Under the pieces are notes generated by a model. The model saw only the letters and a program-made list of their open reading frames with translations. It did no database searches and had not been told where the DNA came from. Source: Thermoplasmata archaeon (GTDB lineage: Archaea; Thermoplasmatota; Thermoplasmata; Thermoplasmatales; GCA-001856825). Taken from it: 64,000 nucleotides of DNA. Within the stretch, counting starts at the first letter, position 1; each line of letters starts with the position of its first letter. The stretch covers positions 313,257-377,256 of the forward strand of contig JAKAXD010000001.1 of the NCBI GenBank assembly GCA_021816725.1, read 5' to 3'. Shown here piece after piece: positions 34,942-44,079 of the stretch. Position numbers and translations under genes: made by a program.

Positions 34942-35994
34942 TCATTTGGCCAGTCCAACGAATTCGGCAGACCCCTTCAAAACGGCAAATAGTGAAGAAT
35001 AGGCAGGGAGTACGTACTTCCCCTCCTGAAGTTCTCTCTTCTCGCCATCAAACTCAATGGAAATCCTCTTGGTTATAGCAATTTCATAATCGTCATGAAA
35101 AGTCTGTGGTATCGCATCATTCAAAGGGTCGAACTCGTCCAGCTTCTCGAATTGCACCACCTTGACCGTCAGGCCAGATTTCCCGTGGAGGCTCCCAGGC
35201 GTTCTTATCAACCTATGGATGTCTATCGTAACTGGCTCGTCTATTCTGGAGGAGAATTTCTTTACTGCTAGCTGCCTTGCATTCCTCTCGACATACTCGC
35301 TCTTTTTAATTTCCCTCTTCCCAAGGTTGTCTGTCATCTCCCCAGTTGCCTCCTCAATTTTCTGCCGCCATTTCCTGTCCTGGGAATCGAGGATTTGCAT
35401 CAGGGAATCCTTCACCTTGTTTATCCTCTCGTCCCATCTTGTCTTCGCTATAGGTCTATAACCAGAGGAAATGCACCTTCCTGAGATATAATCAACAATC
35501 TCCCTCCTCTCCTGTGATTCAAGACCTTCAAATATGGAATAAACGTGGACATGGTAACCTCTGCTTCCAGAGAAAACAATCTCCAGGTTTTTCCTGTCAA
35601 TGCTCAAATCGTCAGTAAGCAGAGAAAGGAGCTTATTCAACTCACCTTTTACTGCTATTAGCATCTCAGAGTAACCCATTGCCTCAGCTCCTTCAATGTG
35701 ATCTCCGTCAATGTCAAAGATCAGGTCCGCTCCTGTCCATTTCTTGTTGTCCATTGATGCCTCTGGATTCTGATAATATGCACTCGAATAATAGAAGTGC
35801 AATGGGGTGTTATTTCTCACGTAGTCGACGAGTGAAACCATGTCAGGGAATGATGTATGCCTCACCATACCCTGCTTGCCAAATGCAGTGAAGGCAAGTT
35901 CCCTGTTGCTTATCCTTCTTATGTCAAATGAATCAACGGTAGAATAGTACTTCTTGAAAAGGTCTTGGACGATCTTCCCAGACAGTTCATTCAT
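34942..35994 (-). CDS. priS: DNA primase small (catalytic) subunit PriS
   Basis: ADLIFDIDGDH catalytic DxD and FSGSRGYHVHV. The ATG at 35994 (MNELSGK) forms ATGAATGA with the upstream stop; the track start at 36030 is a TTG. Confidence 0.9.
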   Translation of the reverse strand: MNELSGKIVQDLFKKYYSTVDSFDIRRISNRELAFTAFGKQGMVRHTSFPDMVSLVDYVRNNTPLHFYYSSAYYQNPEASMDNKKWTGADLIFDIDGDHIEGAEAMGYSEMLIAVKGELNKLLSLLTDDLSIDRKNLEIVFSGSRGYHVHVYSIFEGLESQERREIVDYISGRCISSGYRPIAKTRWDERINKVKDSLMQILDSQDRKWRQKIEEATGEMTDNLGKREIKKSEYVERNARQLAVKKFSSRIDEPVTIDIHRLIRTPGSLHGKSGLTVKVVQFEKLDEFDPLNDAIPQTFHDDYEIAITKRISIEFDGEKRELQEGKYVLPAYSSLFAVLKGSAEFVGLAK

Positions 35995-36538
35995 CTTTCT
36001 TCCTATTGAAGATGAAGTACAGGGCAACAATGGATACTACAACCCCTCCAGCAAATATCCAGCCATAGAGGGACCTAACGCTTGGGTTATTAAAACTGGT
36101 GGGTGTAGAATTTGAGAAACCCGGAAGAGCACCTGCGTTGAGCTTCTCCTGATTCGTGTAGCCTGAGTTCGTAGCATCCAGGGGGGCAATCTTTTCGAAT
36201 GCAATGGTTACGTTCTCTTCAGTCAGGTTGCCCGTTGCTTCCATTGCAGCTATGAATTCCGCGCCGTAAGGGTTGAGGCCGGTCATTCCATAATCGAATA
36301 GTATGTAGTTCTTCAGAGGGCTATCCCTCCAGTTGTACGTAGAGAAGTTCTTGCTGAATATCACCGGATATACAGTGCTGTTCCAGGTGCTTGCTATTAT
36401 AGTTACTGTGTAACCGTTAAAGGTATGGTAGGTCACTGTTGGATAATTGGCACTGGACTGCGCATAGCTCTGACCATTAACTACTATTACTGCAGCTAGA
36501 AGAATGATGACAATTACTGCGAATAACCTTCTGTTCAC
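35987..36538 (-). CDS. Hypothetical exported protein with N-terminal signal/anchor, C-terminal TM anchor and multiple N-x-S/T sequons
   Basis: 183 aa. MNRRLFAVIVIILLAAVIVVNG at the N-terminus and WIFAGGVVVSIVALYFIFNRKKDE at the C-terminus. Sequons NST, NFS, NLT, NVT, NST. Confidence 0.6.
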   Translation of the reverse strand: MNRRLFAVIVIILLAAVIVVNGQSYAQSSANYPTVTYHTFNGYTVTIIASTWNSTVYPVIFSKNFSTYNWRDSPLKNYILFDYGMTGLNPYGAEFIAAMEATGNLTEENVTIAFEKIAPLDATNSGYTNQEKLNAGALPGFSNSTPTSFNNPSVRSLYGWIFAGGVVVSIVALYFIFNRKKDE

Positions 36539-36561
36539 TGGAAAGGGTATGGCTAGCTCAA

Positions 36562-37353
36562 TTAAAATTTTTCTCTTACGAAACTCACGGCGCTTGAGAA
36601 AAAGCGACTTCCCATTCCTTCCCTCTTCTCCGTTCTCGTCCAGTCTGATTCGGTGACGTAGTGGAAAACTCTTTCCGGATGGGGCATTATTCCAAGGACG
36701 TTCCCCTGCTTATTGCAGAGCCCCGCAATGTTCTGCTCAGAACCGTTTGGATTCCAGGGATATCCTTGCGGTCTCCCCAACTCGTCAGAGTATGAAACGA
36801 CATTCATCCCGTTCTTTATTATTCCTTTGAGTATGTCTGGGTCCCTTGTCACAAATCTACCTTCAGAATGCGCTATCGGCAATTTCACGACTTCCTCATC
36901 AATGAAATCCTTCAGGAACAGGCAATTACCCTTATTGATCTTTAAATAGACCGTTCTCGCCTCAAACCTGTTAGAAATATTCGGAGCGAGGGCTGCCTCT
37001 ATGCCGTATTCTCCTTCCACGTTTGGTATCAGGCCCAGTTCCACCAGCACTTGGAAGCCATTGCAAGAACCCAATACCGGTTTGCCGCTTTCAACAAGCT
37101 GCTCAAGGTCCTTCAGCAGGGTTGACCTTAATCTGGATGCCATTATTGCACCAGCTCTCACGTAGTCGCCTCCGGAGAAACCCCCAGGAAAAAACAGGAT
37201 GTCGTAGTCTTCGAACCTCTTAATCTTGTTCTCAAGCTTCTTAAGGTGCACGATCTCAGGTGATGTGCTGGAATGCTTAAACGACAGGAATGCCTCCTCC
37301 TCGTTGTTTGTCCCCTCCATTGTAAGCACAGCTACCTTGATTTGCCTGTTCAT
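36562..37353 (-). CDS. purQ: Phosphoribosylformylglycinamidine synthase, glutaminase subunit
   Basis: IKVAVLTMEGTNNEEE, GGFSGGDY, GSCNGFQVL (Cys nucleophile), MPHPER. ATGA overlap with the purL stop at 37350-37353. Confidence 0.93.
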   Translation of the reverse strand: MNRQIKVAVLTMEGTNNEEEAFLSFKHSSTSPEIVHLKKLENKIKRFEDYDILFFPGGFSGGDYVRAGAIMASRLRSTLLKDLEQLVESGKPVLGSCNGFQVLVELGLIPNVEGEYGIEAALAPNISNRFEARTVYLKINKGNCLFLKDFIDEEVVKLPIAHSEGRFVTRDPDILKGIIKNGMNVVSYSDELGRPQGYPWNPNGSEQNIAGLCNKQGNVLGIMPHPERVFHYVTESDWTRTEKREGMGSRFFSSAVSFVREKF

Positions 37354-39614
37354 TGGTATCCCTTCTTCCATTTGCTGAGTATCTTATCAATACCGACGTC
37401 CATAACCTTCCCTTCCCCTGACGTGACTGAAAACGAACTTCCATGAGTGTAGCCGATGAGGATAGCATCCTCTCCCAGTATCTCCAAGAACTTCTCTTCA
37501 CCCCCCTTCCTCACTTCGACAATCCAGCTCGATTGCGGTTCAGAAAAGAGAGCAAAATCAGTCCTCAGTCCAAGCGGGGATAGGTCGATAGACGCTCCAA
37601 TTGATGAACCTACAGTCATCTCCGAGATTGAAATTGCAATCCCGCCATCTGAAACGTCATGCATTGCACTGACGGTATTTTCATTAATCGCCTCAAGAAG
37701 ATTCCATCCCCTTTTCTTGAGCACCCTGGGATCCGAGTATGGGACCCTCCCACCATCCCTCTCCAAGCGCCTGAAGTAAAGTGATCCTCCTAGGTCAGTT
37801 GTGGGGATTCCGACAACATATATTGAGCTTCCAACTTTCTTGAAATCGGGCGTAATGGATTTTTCAATGTCTCGTACCTTACCTACCCCGAGAATTGTCG
37901 GGAATGTAGGGATTCGTTTCCTCCCAGTTTCATTGTAGAAAGAAACGTTCCCCGAAACAAAGGGGATATTCAATGAGAATGCAGAATCGTGAAGCCCCTG
38001 GAGCATTGAAATGAACTCCCCCATTATTTCAGGTTTTTCAGGGTTTCCTGCATTTAGGCAGTCCGAGAATCCAAGCGGCTCAGCACCAACCGAGATTAGG
38101 TTCCTCACAGTTTCGTCCACTGCCGCCATGCCACCACGATATGGATCCGTATGAGAATAGAATGGGTTAGACCCGTGCGTAATTGCGACACCGACTTTTT
38201 TGTTCCAGTCAGGTCTTATCACTGATGCATCTGTTGGGCCTTCTCTCCCAACTATGCCGCTGAAAGGTCCAATTACTGTGCTTCCCCTGACAGTATGGTC
38301 GTACTGTCTTACGGCATATTCCCTTGTTCTGATGTTCTTATCTGAAAGCATGCTTAGCAGCAGCCTGCTAAAATCTGAGGGCTGCTTTGGCAAAAATTGC
38401 ACCACGTTTCTCTCTAACCTTGAATATGGCCTTTCATACAATATGGGGGATGTCATGAACTCGGTCCCGAGATCAAGTACCTTCTTCCCCCTGAAGAAAA
38501 TTTGCAATCTTTTCCCCTTTTGGCTTTCACCTATCAGTGCAGCAGTGATATCCCAGTCATCCATTATCCCAAGAATCTTATCCACATTTTCCCTCCTGAC
38601 CGCAAGGAGCATTCTCTCCTGGCTTTCAGAGATCCATATTTCCCACGGTTTCATGCTAGATTCCTTCAGGGGAACTCTATCAAGATGTATAATTCCCCCC
38701 ATTCCTCCCGATTCAAGCATCTCTCCAACTACACTGCTAAGCCCTCCTCCTCCCAGATCCTTTAGGCCGTATATCAGTCCCTTCTCGTTAGCCTCAAGAA
38801 CAGCGTGAATAAGCGGTTCCTTAATGATAGGGCTTCCTAGCTGCACTGTCGTTATATCTTCTTTCCCCTTTTTCATCTCTGCTGATGCCATATTGACGCC
38901 GTGTATTCCATCCCTACCTGTTTTACCTCCTGCTAGAATGAGCTGAATTCCTGGTTCTGAAATTGCTGAGGACCTGATTCTATCCTTCCTGACAACACCA
39001 ACGCAACCCACATTGACAAGGACGTTTGGTGAAAAGAAGTCAGAATAAACGATGCCTCCTGCCACAGTTGGGATTCCAACGCGATTCCCATAATCCCTTA
39101 TCCCTGAAATTACCCCAGTTTCGATGAATCTTGGTGATGGAAAACCTTCCATCTTCTTTGTTCCGAAATATAGGGCATCGGTCACTGCTATAGGTTGAGC
39201 TCCCATGCTTAATATATCCCGTAGAATCCCGCCCACTCCAGTCGCAGCCCCCCCATAGGGCTCTATCGCGGACGGATGGTTATGGCTTTCAATTTTGAAT
39301 GAGATCGCAGTTTCGTCATCTAAAGCAACCAGGCCTGCATCTCCCTCCGCAACGATCTTCTCTTTCCCGATCCCAAATATGTATTTCTTTAGATGAATTT
39401 TTGAACTCTTATAACTGCAGTGTTCACTCCATGCCTGTGCAATGGCCTGGATTTCCACATCAGTTGGATTTCTTCCTTCATTTTCAAAGTATGACTTGAT
39501 CCTGGACATTTCATCTGTAGATAGCCCCAGGTTCATCTCCGTTGAAATGGCTCTTAGCTGAGCTGATGACATTTTAACTATCGGTATTTCAATCGAGAAG
39601 TCAGGATCACTCAT
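37350..39614 (-). CDS. purL: Phosphoribosylformylglycinamidine synthase subunit II
   Basis: About 754 aa. ESHNHPSAIEPYGGAATGVGGILRDI and typical duplicated PurM-like domains. Start at the ATG at 39614 or the GTG at 39623; both overlap the purS 3' end. Confidence 0.94.
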   Translation of the reverse strand: MSDPDFSIEIPIVKMSSAQLRAISTEMNLGLSTDEMSRIKSYFENEGRNPTDVEIQAIAQAWSEHCSYKSSKIHLKKYIFGIGKEKIVAEGDAGLVALDDETAISFKIESHNHPSAIEPYGGAATGVGGILRDILSMGAQPIAVTDALYFGTKKMEGFPSPRFIETGVISGIRDYGNRVGIPTVAGGIVYSDFFSPNVLVNVGCVGVVRKDRIRSSAISEPGIQLILAGGKTGRDGIHGVNMASAEMKKGKEDITTVQLGSPIIKEPLIHAVLEANEKGLIYGLKDLGGGGLSSVVGEMLESGGMGGIIHLDRVPLKESSMKPWEIWISESQERMLLAVRRENVDKILGIMDDWDITAALIGESQKGKRLQIFFRGKKVLDLGTEFMTSPILYERPYSRLERNVVQFLPKQPSDFSRLLLSMLSDKNIRTREYAVRQYDHTVRGSTVIGPFSGIVGREGPTDASVIRPDWNKKVGVAITHGSNPFYSHTDPYRGGMAAVDETVRNLISVGAEPLGFSDCLNAGNPEKPEIMGEFISMLQGLHDSAFSLNIPFVSGNVSFYNETGRKRIPTFPTILGVGKVRDIEKSITPDFKKVGSSIYVVGIPTTDLGGSLYFRRLERDGGRVPYSDPRVLKKRGWNLLEAINENTVSAMHDVSDGGIAISISEMTVGSSIGASIDLSPLGLRTDFALFSEPQSSWIVEVRKGGEEKFLEILGEDAILIGYTHGSSFSVTSGEGKVMDVGIDKILSKWKKGYQ

Positions 39615-39834
39615 CAACCGCACACTCGTTGATTACAGGGTTAGCCAGCAACTTTTCGCAGAACTCCTTTGCAGTTTTCCTATTCCCCTTTGATAGGGTG
39701 ATGAAGTAGACCTTTCCAGTTCTCACATCAGTGACGTTCTCATAACCAAGAAGCCTCAGTGCCTTCAGAACAGAACTTCCTTCAGAATCCTCGACAGTTT
39801 TCTTGAAGGTTACGGTGATCCTAAGTTCCACCAT
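39607..39834 (-). CDS. purS: Phosphoribosylformylglycinamidine synthase subunit PurS
   Basis: MVELRITVTFKKTVEDSEGSSVLKALRLLGYENVTDVRTGKVYFITL. ATG at 39834 preferred over the TTG at 39870. Confidence 0.88.
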   Translation of the reverse strand: MVELRITVTFKKTVEDSEGSSVLKALRLLGYENVTDVRTGKVYFITLSKGNRKTAKEFCEKLLANPVINECAVDE

Positions 39835-39870
39835 ACATACAGATATTTTTTTGATAGATAAACTTGACAA

Positions 39871-41841
39871 TCAACTGTACTTAATCACGAGGTCCATGAA
39901 TATGTCAGAAACGTCCTCGCATTTGTCAGTTACTGTTTCCAGGTACTCATATATCTCCTTCAGTTTCAGCAATTTGATCGCATCATTCATGGCAAATATT
40001 TCCTTGTAGGATTCCTCAAGGACGTCATCTGCCTTGTTTTCAAGTTCATTAATCTTCACGGTCTCAGCCAATATGTCTGCCATGTCGTTATTGCTGAAAT
40101 TACCAAGCAGATTAAGTGCCTTGTTAACTTCAGTGACTGATTCCAGTATTATTCCGCTGAACACATCCATGTACCGTGTTTTCTCCACCTTGAACAGAGA
40201 TATCCTCTTGGCGACTGCATTGATGAAGTCAAGAATGTCATCATACTTGGTTGCGAGGTTTCCGACATCGACTGATTCAAGCGGTTTCTTCATGTGATTA
40301 ACCTTTGTGTAAATTTCATGGACAATGCCATCTGCTTCATGCTCTATCCTCCTTATGCGCTCTGCTCTTTCGTGGAGATTGTCATACTTGGAGGTCATCT
40401 CAGCCAACTCGATAGCACCCTCTTTTACCTTTTCTCCTATTTTCTGGAGATATTTGGAAAATTCAAGGAATACTATTGACGAATCTTCGAGCGATAACCC
40501 TTTCGCTTCTGTCCCAAGCAACCAAGTAAACAAAGCACCTAGAAGCATGAAAACAAAAACAAGGAGAAAGAGATTGTTCCATCCATAATAGAGTTCAAAT
40601 ATTGGGAACATCAACGTTCCAAAGACAGCTCCCAATCTGCTGAACCCGGAAGCCGTACCCTGGGCGGTAGCCCTTAGACGTGTTGGGAATATTTCAGTAG
40701 GCACAATCCAAGTCGTCAAGTTCGGGCCTACATTTTCGAAGAATTGATATGCCGCAAGGACAAGAACCATTATATAAATGCCGTGGCCAAAAGTTAGGGT
40801 AAAGGTAAGTGCAGCCGCAGCCATGCCTAAGAACCCAATTTCCTGAAGCTTCAACCTACCTAGTCTCTCAATAATGAAGAGTGCAACAATGAAGCCTGCA
40901 AGCACTACCACATCCAGTACCATAGTACCGATGATTGCGTGAACCTTGTCCTGAATTGTAGTCCCACCGAATCCGACCTTTTCCAGTATAAGTGGGATTG
41001 AGATACCAACGCCATAGACGCCTATGTCCATGAAGAACCAGGGGATCCACGTAAACATTGTCCTTTTTCTGTATGTGCTGCCGAATAGTTCAGAGACTCT
41101 TCCTTTACGTTCCGGTTCCACGCTGGAGAGGTCCTTGGTATAGTCTATCTGATATTTCTCCTTTATATGCTCTATCACCTCTTTGGCCTCGTCACCTCTG
41201 TTATTTGTAAGCAACCATCTAGGAGACTCCGGCATAGTTCTCCTAAGGATGAGGACGACAACGGCAGGTATAACACCAGATGCCAGCATTATCCTCCAGG
41301 TTGCAACTTGCATTCCAAATATATTAAGGAATTCGAATCTTCCAACGCTAAACCCAACAACTGCTGCAACCAAGGACCCAATGCCCCAAAACATGAACGT
41401 TCTTGTTACTAGCTTCCCCCTCATCTGTTTCGGAGAAAACTCAGCCACGTATGTGGAAGAGATGGGGTAGTCAGCTCCTATTCCTATCCCAAGAAAGAGC
41501 CTGAAAATGATCAATTCATTTATATTGGTTGCTAGAGAGGTAAGAAAACCAAAGAAAATGAAGAAGATCAGGTCGATTATGTAGAGCGTCCTCCGTCCAA
41601 CCCTGTCTGCATACCGGCCAAGGAAAAGCGCTCCGAAAAACATCCCTATAAGTGCTGAGGATTGCAGAAGGCCAAGTTGCACCGCACCCAGCGTTTTTGG
41701 TGCCAGCCAATTCTGGGATTCAACGTAAATAAGTGCTACAGAAATAATGAAAAGGTCGTAACCATCAAGGAAAACACCAGCCGAAGATAACGAAACGACC
41801 TTTCTCAGGAATCGATTTTGTTTCTTGGTGACCTCTTCCAT
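39871..41841 (-). CDS. MFS transporter (sugar-porter / phosphate:H+ symporter-like) fused to a C-terminal DUF47 (PhoU-like, Pit-accessory) domain
   Basis: 656 aa. The first roughly 450 aa are a 12-TM MFS with GRYADRVGRRTLY and PESPRWLL. The last roughly 200 aa (RIRRIEHEADGIVHEIY ... INELENKADDVLEE ... LKLKEIYEYLETVTDKCEDVSDIFMDLVIKYS) match the two-repeat DUF47/PhoU helical pattern. Confidence 0.85.
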   Translation of the reverse strand: MEEVTKKQNRFLRKVVSLSSAGVFLDGYDLFIISVALIYVESQNWLAPKTLGAVQLGLLQSSALIGMFFGALFLGRYADRVGRRTLYIIDLIFFIFFGFLTSLATNINELIIFRLFLGIGIGADYPISSTYVAEFSPKQMRGKLVTRTFMFWGIGSLVAAVVGFSVGRFEFLNIFGMQVATWRIMLASGVIPAVVVLILRRTMPESPRWLLTNNRGDEAKEVIEHIKEKYQIDYTKDLSSVEPERKGRVSELFGSTYRKRTMFTWIPWFFMDIGVYGVGISIPLILEKVGFGGTTIQDKVHAIIGTMVLDVVVLAGFIVALFIIERLGRLKLQEIGFLGMAAAALTFTLTFGHGIYIMVLVLAAYQFFENVGPNLTTWIVPTEIFPTRLRATAQGTASGFSRLGAVFGTLMFPIFELYYGWNNLFLLVFVFMLLGALFTWLLGTEAKGLSLEDSSIVFLEFSKYLQKIGEKVKEGAIELAEMTSKYDNLHERAERIRRIEHEADGIVHEIYTKVNHMKKPLESVDVGNLATKYDDILDFINAVAKRISLFKVEKTRYMDVFSGIILESVTEVNKALNLLGNFSNNDMADILAETVKINELENKADDVLEESYKEIFAMNDAIKLLKLKEIYEYLETVTDKCEDVSDIFMDLVIKYS

Positions 41842-42008
41842 TTATTAACGAATTACCACATATCATAATTAAATTATCCATTGTTTGAAGTGTTATAGAA
41901 GGTTGAAATTGTTTGACTTAAGGAAATAGACATGAACTATGTCATCCGTCAGGCCCAATAACGTTTCCAATTTTTCAAGAAGAAAGTGACATTTCACGTC
42001 CCTTCCAA

Positions 42009-43820
42009 TTAAGATGTCAACTTTGAGCTGAATTCTTGATGCGCCTTGAATATGGCGTTCCATGTAACCAAACCAATCACCTTATTATCTTCCTTAGTTA
42101 CAATGGGAATATGAGAAATATTGTTTACAGAAAGTTTTTTCATGACGTCCAGAAGAGTTTCGTCTTCATGAGCATATACCACATTCCTCGTCATTATGTG
42201 TGAGACAGACTCCATGTCCTGGTGAATCAATTTCACCTGGACCAGATCGGATTTTGTCACAATTCCCACAAGCTTTGAATTCTCAGTAACAGGTATACCC
42301 GTTACTCCTCTATCTTCCATAAGTCGCAGTGCATTCGAAACAGGTGTTGCAGGATCTATTGTTGGAATGTCGGTCGCCATTGCGTCCCTTGCTTTAAGGT
42401 ATGACAGAACAGGTATGTTATACTCCCCTCTGTGTGCCTGGGATTCCGACCTGTTTCTAACCTGACTTCTGTAGATTGAGTATTTATATCCCACCATATA
42501 GTAAGATATTACAACTGCAACCATCGAGGGTATCATTACCTCCAGGCTACCGGTCATCTCGCTCACCATAAGAACTACTGCAATTGGAGTCCTTCCAACA
42601 CCTGCGAACAACGCCATCATACCAACCAGCACGAATGGTGCAGGCGAAAGAACTAAGGTGGGGTTGATCATATGAACTCCAGTCCACGTCGCTGCCCCTA
42701 CAAATCCGCCAATTACCAGAGATGGAGCAAATACACCAGCACTACCGCCGGAAGAAATTGTAAATGATGTGGCTACTATCTTTGCGAAAGCGACTATAAT
42801 TAGGGCTGCCAGTATCGGGACAACAAAGTAGACCGGTTCAGCCGATTTTAAATTACCATCCATCAGGTATTGGAGATATCCGTAGCTCATTCCGACAGTC
42901 TGTGGAAAGAACATTGCAATAATTCCAGCGACAGCACCGCCAATCATGGGCTTCAGGAACTTCTTCACCTTCAATTTAGCGAAGAGTCCCTTTACCCAGT
43001 AGAAGAACGAAGAGTAGAATTTTCCAACCAGTCCGCATATAATTCCAAGAACTGCGTAAAGTATGAGGTTCAAGGGATGATCGAAAGTATATGGGGAGGA
43101 AAGGCTGAACATGGGTGAAAAGTTGGTTAGGGAGGCAAATATAACGTAGCCAACTGGTGACGCAATGAACGCTGGAGTAAGTGCCTCAACTTCCATATCC
43201 CCCCCACTGTATAGTATCTCGGCACTCAGTATGGCACCAGCGAATGGAGAACGGAAAATTGCTCCAATCCCAGCCCCAATTCCAGCTGCAACCGCTATCC
43301 TCCTGTCCCTGTTTGACATTCCGAATGCAGTTGCAACGTAAGAACCGAATCCAGCAGATATCTGAGCCGTTGGTCCCTCCCTGCCTCCGCTGCCACCAGA
43401 TCCGATTGTGATGGCAGAGGCTATCATCTTCACTATTGGAACCCTCTTCCTTATGACGCCATTCCTATTGTGGAATGCGTCTATCGCTGCATCAGTGCCA
43501 TGACCTTCAGCCTCTGGAGCGAAGTAAAAAATGATAAGACCAACAATAAGCCCGCCCAATGCAAGGGAAACTGGTATTAGGAAGTAATGCGGGGAAATCG
43601 AGGGAGGGGCAGCGAGCTCTCCCGCCGGGTTGGGAGGGTAAAAGCCCGTTATCCTTCCAAGGAAATTATTGGTGGAGAATTGGATTAGATAATAAAAGAT
43701 GGTGGCACCAATGCCTGCAACAATCCCGATTAGTAGGCCGACGATAACCCATTTACCGAGGTAGCTTGAATTTATAAAGTTCTTGAAATCCAGCCGTTTG
43801 TGCCATCCTCCTTCAGTCAT
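42009..43820 (-). CDS. ClC-family chloride channel / H+-Cl- antiporter with C-terminal CBS pair
   Basis: 603 aa. GSGGSGGREGPTAQISAGFGS and GSAGVFAPSLVIGG selectivity motifs. C-terminal tandem CBS (VTGIPVTENSKLVGIVTKSDL; ISHIPIVTKEDNKVIGLVT). Confidence 0.92.
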   Translation of the reverse strand: MTEGGWHKRLDFKNFINSSYLGKWVIVGLLIGIVAGIGATIFYYLIQFSTNNFLGRITGFYPPNPAGELAAPPSISPHYFLIPVSLALGGLIVGLIIFYFAPEAEGHGTDAAIDAFHNRNGVIRKRVPIVKMIASAITIGSGGSGGREGPTAQISAGFGSYVATAFGMSNRDRRIAVAAGIGAGIGAIFRSPFAGAILSAEILYSGGDMEVEALTPAFIASPVGYVIFASLTNFSPMFSLSSPYTFDHPLNLILYAVLGIICGLVGKFYSSFFYWVKGLFAKLKVKKFLKPMIGGAVAGIIAMFFPQTVGMSYGYLQYLMDGNLKSAEPVYFVVPILAALIIVAFAKIVATSFTISSGGSAGVFAPSLVIGGFVGAATWTGVHMINPTLVLSPAPFVLVGMMALFAGVGRTPIAVVLMVSEMTGSLEVMIPSMVAVVISYYMVGYKYSIYRSQVRNRSESQAHRGEYNIPVLSYLKARDAMATDIPTIDPATPVSNALRLMEDRGVTGIPVTENSKLVGIVTKSDLVQVKLIHQDMESVSHIMTRNVVYAHEDETLLDVMKKLSVNNISHIPIVTKEDNKVIGLVTWNAIFKAHQEFSSKLTS

Positions 43821-44021
43821 TTAGACACATTTTTGGATAATGTAATCTTACTTATTATTTTCCAGAGGCTTTTACCATTATTTTAGAATTAACTCCACTT
43901 GTAGGACAAACATCCTTGGAAGTACTCCCTAAGTTGTTATTCTGAAAAATACCGTATTCCTCCGATCGCTCAGTAAGATGTTGTTCTTTCAGCCCAATAA
44001 GACATCAAAGGAACGCTAAAA

Positions 44022-44049
44022 CAAATAAATAAAAAAATAATAAAAAATC
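44022..44049 (-). terminator. T-rich tract (T6 and T7 runs on the minus strand) downstream of the APC permease
   Basis: The reverse complement reads gattttttattatttttttatttatttgt, 30-55 nt after the stop at 44080. Archaeal terminators are oligo-T tracts. Confidence 0.4.
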
Positions 44050-44079
44050 TGGGATACCTTTCGTGAGGATACTTTACCC

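Noticed and set aside
36116-36124. PGF tripeptide in the exported protein, considered as a PGF-CTERM archaeosortase signal
   Set aside because: The PGF lies about 17 residues upstream of the C-terminal TM helix instead of immediately preceding it. The tail is KKDE rather than the usual Arg-rich end. No archaeosortase gene is in the window.
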